IMG/VR virus record: IMGVR_UViG_3300033153_013547
Coordinates: 62,001-126,000 of that record
Reading direction: 5' to 3' (one strand)
Length of the DNA stretch: 64,000 nucleotides
Shown piece by piece: positions 1 to 7,555 of the stretch (its first letter is position 1; each line of letters begins with the position of its first letter). A program made the position numbers and the translations under genes. The notes beneath the pieces were generated by a model. That model had not been told where the DNA came from. It did not search any database and saw only the letters and a program-made list of their open reading frames with translations.

Positions 1-64
1 CGCGTACATTGGGTGTAAATGGATTACGACCGATGCGATCAATCTTTTTCCATCTTCTGTCCAT
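1..64 (-). CDS. 5' end of a hypothetical protein running off the window (MDRRWKKIDRIGRNPFTPNVR...)
   Basis: AGGAGG SD upstream of ATG at 64; frame open to the window edge. Confidence 0.55.
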   Translation of the reverse strand, partial: MDRRWKKIDRIGRNPFTPNVR

Positions 65-586
65 CCGCTTTCCTCCTAAACTTATGGTTTTTGTTTGTTT
101 GACCAATACAAGAACAAAAACCATAATCAGTCAAGAATGACTGATAGATGTAATTCCCATTTGACAAATATTAGAGTCAAATAGTGACTTACCCTTGTTC
201 ACCCAGCCATCTTTTTATTCAAAAGGGAGCCCAATGCAAGCATTCAGGCAAAGATGGATCAGTCAAGGTGTCTTAATACTAAAAATAAGCAGCCAAGCAA
301 ACAGGGCTGTAATCAAAAGCATTTCTATAAATGCTCCTTTTGCAACCCAGCATTTGTGGAATGCTTTGTTTGCTTGACCAATACCTATGGCAGAGCTAAA
401 ACTTCAGTCAATAAACCAGCCTACCTTTTGACTGATCTTTGACATGATCAGTCAATGTCATAGTAAGCCAATTCCAGCATCTACAAGCTGCCAAAGATGC
501 TTTATTGAGATAGAAGCAATCCTTGGGACCCAACTTACCACATATTGGGTAGAGGATTCTTCTACTCTTCAACCAACATATTCCCA

Positions 587-982
587 TTAGTTGGTTGTTG
601 AGGTCTTTTCCCTAATAGACAAAAACTGAATGTCTGGAAGATGTTCTGCTAAGCAACCCACTTCCAAATAAACCTTAGTGTCTTCTGCAGGAATGCCACT
701 ATTTACTACAGAAATTTCAATAAATAGTGGCACTTGGGGATATTTCTTTATATCATCATGTAACAGAAATATCCCAGTATTCCTGCTATGTTTCCCCATA
801 TCTATATGCAATTGGTAACCAATATACCTCATAGAAGCATCTGAGCAATGAAGACGCATAGTAAGTAGAAGATAACTGCTTGGAAGATTCATGTCTTCAG
901 ACAAATTTTCCAACTGCACATGATTATAGATCCAATGAGGTAAGAATTCTAACAGAGTAGCAATCCTTTCTTCAGAAAGCAT
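587..982 (-). CDS. hypothetical protein
   Basis: 131-aa ORF with AGGAGG SD. Confidence 0.7.
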   Translation of the reverse strand: MLSEERIATLLEFLPHWIYNHVQLENLSEDMNLPSSYLLLTMRLHCSDASMRYIGYQLHIDMGKHSRNTGIFLLHDDIKKYPQVPLFIEISVVNSGIPAEDTKVYLEVGCLAEHLPDIQFLSIREKTSTTN

Positions 983-1224
983 TGTTATCCTCCTGTTTTT
1001 GTATTTTGTGAAGACAACACTTATATTATTCCTAATAATAGAAAATTATAGGAAAATGTGAAATATTTGCTGATCAGTCAGCATCACAAAAAAACAGAGT
1101 TGCAACTATGGTTTGTTGTGGTTTCTGTCTTTCCTACAATTTTTTAGGAATTTGATTGCAAGAAAATTACTGGTCCTTCCAACTCATGCAGTCTTCATGA
1201 AATTGCGTAAGATTATGATAAGCA

Positions 1225-1545
1225 TCAATAATCATGATTATCCTCTATTTGTTGTTTCCATCTGAGCATGGCTTTTTCTGCAGCCAACTTTGCCTTGTAA
1301 ATACAAGGTTCAAAACCATGGAATGCAGGATCATCTACAGTTCCTAAGGGTATAGACCAAAGAGTTGTCTTAGTTCTACAAAATGATCGTTTGCTGAATA
1401 GTCGCCATGCCCAATTACTATCATGAGATAGGCCTCTCCAAACAATAGCAGCAACTTTTGATCCATCAGGCAAAGAAGTTACCCATTGCCATTCAAGCAA
1501 TACTGGTTTCCAATTACCTACTAATGATTTTGCTTTCTCAATCAT
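1225..1545 (-). CDS. small hypothetical protein, CxxxAKxAxE paralog family
   Basis: LVGNW near N-term and CIYKAKLAAE near C-term, shared with ORFs at 2276, 2632, 2902. Confidence 0.7.
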   Translation of the reverse strand: MIEKAKSLVGNWKPVLLEWQWVTSLPDGSKVAAIVWRGLSHDSNWAWRLFSKRSFCRTKTTLWSIPLGTVDDPAFHGFEPCIYKAKLAAEKAMLRWKQQIEDNHDY

Positions 1546-1549
1546 CTTG

Positions 1550-1807
1550 TCAGTCAGTGAGCAAACATCTTTGATCTTCTGGTCCTACTACAATGAATGT
1601 CTTCAGTGTTAGTGGTTTAGATTGTTCTTTTACCACAGGGGTTTCCACTTGTTCTAATTTCAGTTGTTGTTCAGATATACCAATAGTAAAGATCAAAGCA
1701 AGTATAATAATTCCAATTACTATATTGCTAACAACAACAATCATAGGAGAGCAGTTTGGATTGTTGATATAACATCCACTGCTACAAGCATCTCTCAATT
1801 CTTTCAT
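1550..1807 (-). CDS. small membrane protein
   Basis: AAGGAAG SD; one hydrophobic segment. Confidence 0.6.
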   Translation of the reverse strand: MKELRDACSSGCYINNPNCSPMIVVVSNIVIGIIILALIFTIGISEQQLKLEQVETPVVKEQSKPLTLKTFIVVGPEDQRCLLTD

Positions 1808-1973
1808 GATTTCTTCCTTTTACACATTTTTCTACTGCAATGAAGACAAAACTATGTTCTATGGCATGAAGGAAAGGCTACCCATCACTGGCACAAAACA
1901 ACAAGAAATAGAGAGTAACAAGAGTAACAATAGTCCTGCTGAAATCAAGTAATTTATGAGTAAATCAGTTTGT

Positions 1974-2146
1974 GAATCAATGGATGAATTCTTGGATAAA
2001 AAAGGTAAATTAGGTGGTAAATCAGTAAATAGATCAATGGGGGGATGAATGGATGGATGAGTCAATGGATTCTTGAGTAAATTCTTCAATAAATCAATGG
2101 ATTCTTGGATGAATCAATGGATAAATCAATGGATAAATCAATGGAT
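1974..2146. repeat. cluster of ~7 short direct repeats, core TCAATGG(AT)
   Basis: Copies at ~1974, 2031, 2061, 2091, 2111, 2123, 2135; the last three are tandem at 12-bp period. Confidence 0.7.
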
Positions 2147-2275
2147 TCTGCTGTAAAAAAGGACTCATAGCAGCCTCTCTCAATCCATTCATTTCCTCAT
2201 TTTCCCATTCCTGCCCATATTTTTCCCATTCTCACCCACTCTATCCCCTGTTTTACCCACAAATTGACATTATTT

Positions 2276-2623
2276 TCAGATCTGCTCACCCTCAAGCCAC
2301 TTGACTGATGAAAAACACTCATTGATGTATGCCTCAGCAGCTATCTTAGCTTTGTATGCACATTGTGCAGATTGACAAATTACAGAAGGTCCCCAATATC
2401 GTTGTGAGTCTCTTATCCATATTCTCCAAAAGCATGTGCTCCCAAGAACCCTGACTTGACATTGTCCTTCAAGAAAGTCTTGCCTGTCAAGAGACCAAAA
2501 GGAAAAATACATTTTGCTTATTATCACTAGTGGTTCATTGCTTTGAAGAAAATGGATAGGATCATTCCTATCTTGCCAAATGCCTTGAAGTTTAGTTATT
2601 GTCATATTCCCTGTTTTATCCAT
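2276..2623 (-). CDS. small hypothetical protein, CxxxAKxAxE paralog family
   Basis: KLQGIW...CAYKAKIAAEAYINECFSSVKW. Confidence 0.7.
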   Translation of the reverse strand: MDKTGNMTITKLQGIWQDRNDPIHFLQSNEPLVIISKMYFSFWSLDRQDFLEGQCQVRVLGSTCFWRIWIRDSQRYWGPSVICQSAQCAYKAKIAAEAYINECFSSVKWLEGEQI

Positions 2624-2631
2624 AGATCAAC

Positions 2632-2877
2632 TCACAAACAGCCATGTTTAGATAAATACTCTTCAACAGCCAATTTAGCAAGATATACACACCTTCTATA
2701 ACCATTGGCTTTCTTTGATCCTATTCTCACATAAAAATATGTCTTGCCTGGGTAAAAAACAGAAGGATAGATATGAGCATAAACCTTGTGGTTCCCAGTA
2801 GAGGCAAACAAACACTTTTCTCCATTATCTTTATCACTCTCTTTTTCCCAGTTACCCAGTAGTTTTCTTGCTTTCAT
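2632..2877 (-). CDS. small hypothetical protein, CxxxAKxAxE paralog family
   Basis: KLLGNW...CVYLAKLAVEEYL. Confidence 0.7.
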   Translation of the reverse strand: MKARKLLGNWEKESDKDNGEKCLFASTGNHKVYAHIYPSVFYPGKTYFYVRIGSKKANGYRRCVYLAKLAVEEYLSKHGCL

Positions 2878-2901
2878 GCTTTCTCATTTTTATATTCACC
2901 A

Positions 2902-3195
2902 CTAACTGAATTCATCCATGATAGATTCAGTTAGTTCTAGGTTATACCACTTGACTGGTGAATAATGTTCTTCTACATATGCTTCTGCTGCCTGTTTAGC
3001 CTTTTGTATGCAGGTAGCCTCTTGGATTATAACAAATTTCCACTTTTCAGCAGGTTCTTTTATCCAAATTACCCAGTAGAGATTGCCTCCTGACATGGTG
3101 ATTCTGATCGTTCCAACAAGAGGCAGAGAAGCAAACGAAGTCCAGTGTCCCTTGTAATCATGATCCCAAATACCACGAATCTTGGCTATTTTCAT
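2902..3195 (-). CDS. small hypothetical protein, CxxxAKxAxE paralog family
   Basis: KIRGIW...CIQKAKQAAEAYVEEHYSPVKW. Confidence 0.7.
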   Translation of the reverse strand: MKIAKIRGIWDHDYKGHWTSFASLPLVGTIRITMSGGNLYWVIWIKEPAEKWKFVIIQEATCIQKAKQAAEAYVEEHYSPVKWYNLELTESIMDEFS

Positions 3196-3396
3196 AATAT
3201 TTTCCTTTCAATTCATAATTTATCCCCCTCTTTTTGTAAGTAAGAGGGGTAAATAGGAAAAGTTACTAACAACAACCAACAATAGACCCCTATTCTTGGG
3301 GGGTCTATTTAGTGATTTTTTTTGGTGTGAGGCAACTTTTTTAGACATGTGAGGAAAGAACTTCTTAGAGGTATAAATAAACAGCCTTTTCCATAC

Positions 3397-3438
3397 GCAA
3401 ACTAATAGCTTCATAAGCTTATGAAGCTATTAGTTTGC
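3397..3438. repeat. perfect 42-bp palindrome
   Basis: GCAAACTAATAGCTTCATAAG|CTTATGAAGCTATTAGTTTGC is its own reverse complement. Confidence 0.95.
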
Positions 3439-3583
3439 TTCTAGGAAGAATGGAAGGAATCTGTTTATAATCTAAGAAATAATTGGTTGATCAGTAGATG
3501 AACCAATTGATTAGTTGATTATTGTGATGTTATTCTGCTTTTGTAGAGCAGTAATAACTTGAATTGATTTGTGAATTAAATGA

Positions 3584-3788
3584 GGGTGCGGGGGCTTCGC
3601 CCCCGCACCCCCCAAAGTATTGTTGTGTGAGATTGATTATGGATCAGGAAGAAGAGTGCGGGGGGCTTCGCCCCCCGCCAGGAGGGTAACCTGTTTGTGT
3701 TATTATGTAGGGTTGATTGGTTTATGAATTTATGAATGAATTCTTGCTTGCTTGCTGAAAGAAAGGGTGCCTCGGCTTCGCCTCGGCC
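3584..3788 (-). other. three GCGAAGC motifs (minus strand), two capping long GC stems
   Basis: GGGTGCGGGGGC-TTC-GCCCCCGCACCC (3584-3610), GCGGGGGGC-TTC-GCCCCCCGC (3658-3678), GGC-TTC-GCC (~3774-3782) in AT-rich context. Confidence 0.75.
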
Positions 3789-4132
3789 TATTCTGGGGGG
3801 TAGTCCTGTTGTTTGCTGCAATGAATGTTCTACCAGACAAGTGTTTATAAAACAGGGGGGTGTGTTGTGCTAACTTGCCTGGTAGAACATAACAAAGGGA
3901 GAATGAGATGCCAGAATAATAACAACTTATCTAACTTTGGGTTGTTTATTGAGCCAGTAGGTTTTTTGGCGGAAAACCTTGTTCCAGTGTGCGGAGAACA
4001 GTTAGACTGGCTAACCGATACCAAACAAAAACAGGGTTGTTAGCTAGCTAGTAAGCGCCACAATACAATAACAACCCTGTTCTAGTTCAGTATGTGGGTA
4101 TGTGGGTTTCGTCACAAGTATGATAATATCTC

Positions 4133-4618
4133 TCACTTGGTTTCCTCCTTAGTGAAAATCAACATAGTCTGAAGATCATCAAGACTCTTCATAGTTGTCT
4201 TGATGATTTCAATCATGAATCTGATGGCTGCTTCATCATTCAAGCACATTTGGATCAATTTATCTGTTGGTGTATTGACAAAGTCTAAATCTGTTGAAAC
4301 TTTGTCAATTTCTGGTCCAGTGAAGAGAACATCCTTGGTTCCATTAGGACCAGTATGGAAAATTTGTGTAATTTGTGTGTTGTATTTAGGCATTTGTTTC
4401 TCCTGGGTTGAGTAGTCAATGGCGAATGGCTCTATAGTTGTGTTATCTTTTGTGTGTTCTCTTTTTATCCTGCCGTATTCGTCACTGAGCTCGTCGAGTC
4501 TTGCCCGAGTTTTGTTGCATAGTTCTTTGTCGCCGTTTTGTTCTGCTTTCTGGAGTATGGGTCGTAGGTTATGTATCTCTGTTTCTATGTCTTTAGCTCG
4601 ATCCATTTGTTTCTCCAA
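4133..4618 (-). CDS. hypothetical protein, coiled-coil N-terminus
   Basis: 161-aa ORF in a co-oriented run of genes. Confidence 0.65.
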   Translation of the reverse strand: MEKQMDRAKDIETEIHNLRPILQKAEQNGDKELCNKTRARLDELSDEYGRIKREHTKDNTTIEPFAIDYSTQEKQMPKYNTQITQIFHTGPNGTKDVLFTGPEIDKVSTDLDFVNTPTDKLIQMCLNDEAAIRFMIEIIKTTMKSLDDLQTMLIFTKEETK

Positions 4619-5060
4619 ATAAATCCAATGTGTTGATCAACCTGATTCCTATGTTGGTCAATGCATTGAGTTTTTTCTCTAGTTGTGCGATTCTGTTGAT
4701 ACGATACTGGTTGATCCTGTCTTCCGCAATATACAGTTTGTGCTTACTGCCATTATCAAAATCCCATATGTGGATATGGGCGATTATGATTTTGTCATTG
4801 CGGTTCCAAAACTCTACTTCTTTGTGACATGGAGAGCCCGTGTGAATACCCGAAGAGCCGTCTAGGACATTGAAAACTTGATGAATTTTTGAGCCATCTT
4901 CAAACAAACAATCAATAGTGCCTCCATGGGGGAAGGGGGCAATTTCTGTTGGAATGTTTGTTAGCACCTCGTTGGGTGGTGTACTGATAACATGTGAAAT
5001 CTCTGGAAACTCCCGTAGCAGTCTTTCCCAGACAATCTTTGATTCTTTGCTGATTTCCAT
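4593..5060 (-). CDS. hypothetical protein
   Basis: 155-aa ORF, AAGGAG SD. Confidence 0.7.
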   Translation of the reverse strand: MEISKESKIVWERLLREFPEISHVISTPPNEVLTNIPTEIAPFPHGGTIDCLFEDGSKIHQVFNVLDGSSGIHTGSPCHKEVEFWNRNDKIIIAHIHIWDFDNGSKHKLYIAEDRINQYRINRIAQLEKKLNALTNIGIRLINTLDLFGETNGSS

Positions 5061-5084
5061 GGTATTTTCTCTCCTTTTCTTAGG

Positions 5085-5360
5085 TTAGGGAGTTGGGGAT
5101 TTTTGTTTGGTGGCATATCTGGATGGCCATAGAGCCAAGATCCATATGGCACCAACAACACTGGCAGCAAGATTTGACGTTCCTGCTATCATTCCTGTCC
5201 CAAGGAAATGTGCTATGAGAAATGAAATAACAAAATTCATTATCAGATTGATAAGAGCATAACGACTCATCAATCGTTTTAGCCATAGAGGGCAAGATTC
5301 AGTAACAATGATTGTGAAAAATGTCACAACAATTATGGCTGTCCAGAGACTTGAGATCAT
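5085..5360 (-). CDS. small multi-pass membrane protein
   Basis: Three hydrophobic segments; ATGA overlap with upstream gene. Confidence 0.65.
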   Translation of the reverse strand: MISSLWTAIIVVTFFTIIVTESCPLWLKRLMSRYALINLIMNFVISFLIAHFLGTGMIAGTSNLAASVVGAIWILALWPSRYATKQKSPTP

Positions 5361-5650
5361 ATCTGTAACAACCCCCTAAGTTTTATCATAGGCATCCGTC
5401 GTTGGTGATAGTAGCACTTGCGTTCATAGACTCTGACTGCTTTTTCAAATGCTTGAAAGTCTTGCTTGAGGGCTTCTAGGTCTTTTCTGATTGTCTCTTC
5501 CTCAAGATCAATTATGTATTGTAAGGATCTCTGGTAGTTGTTGATTTTAGCCCAGACTTCCAAGATCTTCTTTTGCTCTTCTGGGGTGAAGTGATAGTTG
5601 TTGTTGTTTTCAGGCATTTCGTTGAACAGCTCTTCTAATCTCTTGGTCAT
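5357..5650 (-). CDS. hypothetical protein
   Basis: 97-aa ORF, GGAG SD. Confidence 0.65.
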   Translation of the reverse strand: MTKRLEELFNEMPENNNNYHFTPEEQKKILEVWAKINNYQRSLQYIIDLEEETIRKDLEALKQDFQAFEKAVRVYERKCYYHQRRMPMIKLRGLLQI

Positions 5651-5699
5651 GATGACTTAACTCCAATTATTTATGTTTTCCTAAGGTATGACAGTTCTC

Positions 5700-6248
5700 C
5701 TAAAGGCAGGAGATATCATGAGAACAACAAGGGAAACCGTGTTTTTCTTCGTCCATTAGTTCCAATTCACAAATATGCAACGAAAATTCGATGGCTTCGA
5801 CGCTTTTTTTACCTAATCCTCTGATGCCAAGGAGGTCTTCTTTGCTTTTATCAACAAGCCATTCCAAAGGGGGATAATCCAGATATTGTGGTGGGTGTTT
5901 GTTGCCATGTAATTCTTGCCAATGAGCTAATTTGAGGATTTTTTGAACATAAGGCTCTAGGCCCAACACATGTGTTGTTTGGTTCAGAATGAACCTCATG
6001 GCTTCTTTACCCAATTGATCAGCATGTTCTTTGGCTCTTTCTGGGGTAGGGTGTAATTGCCTACTTAGACCTCTATTGGGTCCTTTCAACGTATGGACAT
6101 ACATGTAATATTCGTTGTTGCCAAGGACTTTACCAATCTCTATTTCCATCACATGTCCATATTTTTTAGTTAGTGTCCCGTCAGCATGTTCGACCCATCT
6201 TGTGGTGCTGTTCATGACACTTTTTGTTTTGTTGTTGTGGTATTCCAT
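5700..6248 (-). CDS. protein with C-terminal RNA polymerase alpha-CTD-like HhH domain
   Basis: LVDKSKEDLLGIRGLGKKSVEAIEFSL resembles the alpha-CTD consensus LxxxxExdLLkixnLGrKSlxEIkexL. Confidence 0.65.
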   Translation of the reverse strand: MEYHNNKTKSVMNSTTRWVEHADGTLTKKYGHVMEIEIGKVLGNNEYYMYVHTLKGPNRGLSRQLHPTPERAKEHADQLGKEAMRFILNQTTHVLGLEPYVQKILKLAHWQELHGNKHPPQYLDYPPLEWLVDKSKEDLLGIRGLGKKSVEAIEFSLHICELELMDEEKHGFPCCSHDISCL

Positions 6249-6571
6249 TTGGTTTCGAGTAGTATTCCTCCTGGCAAAACAATAAAGAACCAGATGGCGG
6301 TTGCCAAATATATGTTCATGATGTTGATGAGCAGACAGAGTATGCCGAAATAAACGATGAATTGCATGGTGTATTCGGCAATGTTTGTGATGAATTTTTT
6401 CATTTCTTCCCTTCTTCCCATCCCCTCTTTGAACTTGGAAATAGGATTGGGTGGCTGTATTTCCTTGACTTTGCCAAGACTATTGTAAGTCTTTGAGCAA
6501 ATCTTCCCAAAAAACCTGGGATTGTTGTATAACACAATACCCAGGATAACTACAATGATTAGAACTGGCAT
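6212..6571 (-). CDS. membrane protein
   Basis: AAGGAG SD; N- and C-terminal hydrophobic segments. Confidence 0.6.
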   Translation of the reverse strand: MPVLIIVVILGIVLYNNPRFFGKICSKTYNSLGKVKEIQPPNPISKFKEGMGRREEMKKFITNIAEYTMQFIVYFGILCLLINIMNIYLATAIWFFIVLPGGILLETKWNTTTTKQKVS

Positions 6572-6627
6572 TTCATGCTCCTTTGAGTAGTTTTCCTACT
6601 ACTCTCTATGGTAATGAACAATAAACG

Positions 6628-6777
6628 CTAATCGTCAATTTCAATGACGAGTGCTGCTGCTGTTAGTGGCCGGATATCGTAGTCGCTGTAGTCGAAGCCT
6701 GGGGTTGCGCGGTGGAGTATTGTGCAAACGACGACGATGGTGATGATGATCAGGATTCTGATGATGATGTCTTTCAT
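6628..6777 (-). CDS. 49-aa membrane/secreted peptide, not in ORF track
   Basis: AAGGAGAG SD; MKDIIIRILIIITIVVVCTILH...IEIDD. Confidence 0.6.
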   Translation of the reverse strand: MKDIIIRILIIITIVVVCTILHRATPGFDYSDYDIRPLTAAALVIEIDD

Positions 6778-6924
6778 CTTATTCTCTCCTTTTAATGGGT
6801 AGTAGTCGTGTTGATGCTCCCCTCTAACTACTATCCCTAAGTTTGGTAACGAATAATAATGGGCTACACCTAACTGGAGTGTGAGTCAGATGTAGCCCAA
6901 AATTGACTGAAAATTGACTGATGT

Positions 6925-7353
6925 TTAGCCCTGGAAACTGGCAGTGTTGCCTGGGGCTGCGTTTCGTTTCTGCATCTTGGTAATCCATGCTGCTCTTTCA
7001 ATAGAGCCTGCAGCCACCGTCTCGAACTCTTTGGCGGAAAACTGCTGAACGAGTTTGTCTACTTCAGCAATTTCTGCTTCTGAAATCTGTTCCCAACCCG
7101 TCTCTTTGTTGCCTTTGTGGATGTTGTAATTCATGTTGTCATTCTCAACATCGATGTTGAGAATGTGTAGAACGTAGGAATTGCTTATCCACTTGTTGGC
7201 AATTGTGAACATGATTGTGGGCTCGCTTGTGTTTTTGCCGGTTGCACTGTCAAACCATGTGCCCCAGGCGCTTGCAGTAACTGTTGTTCCGTCGTCATGT
7301 TCTCGGCTGACGGAGATGTCGTTGAATCCGCCTCTAATAACTTTGGTTTTCAT
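6925..7353 (-). CDS. hypothetical protein
   Basis: 142 aa, GAGGAG SD; followed by a long hairpin at 6861-6898. Confidence 0.7.
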   Translation of the reverse strand: MKTKVIRGGFNDISVSREHDDGTTVTASAWGTWFDSATGKNTSEPTIMFTIANKWISNSYVLHILNIDVENDNMNYNIHKGNKETGWEQISEAEIAEVDKLVQQFSAKEFETVAAGSIERAAWITKMQKRNAAPGNTASFQG

Positions 7354-7555
7354 GAGATAATTCTCCTCTAAACAATGATTTTACCCAGTCAAAACAGGGG
7401 TTATTGAACCAGTTGGGTATGCTGGTTACCCCATGGGTGCTTACGCACCAAAAAAAAACATAGTGATGAACGCGATGGCCCTCCCTAGCCAGCCAGGAAG
7501 GAGCAAAAGGGGGGGAATAACTGACCACATGGCCAATTATTCCCCTAACCAATTG

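Noticed and set aside
1859-2089. 76-aa ORF
   Set aside because: Low-complexity product of the TCAATGG repeats; no SD
3220-4043. ORFs 3220-3414, 3576-3821, 3825-4043
   Set aside because: Run through palindromes and hairpins, lack clear SDs; region treated as non-coding
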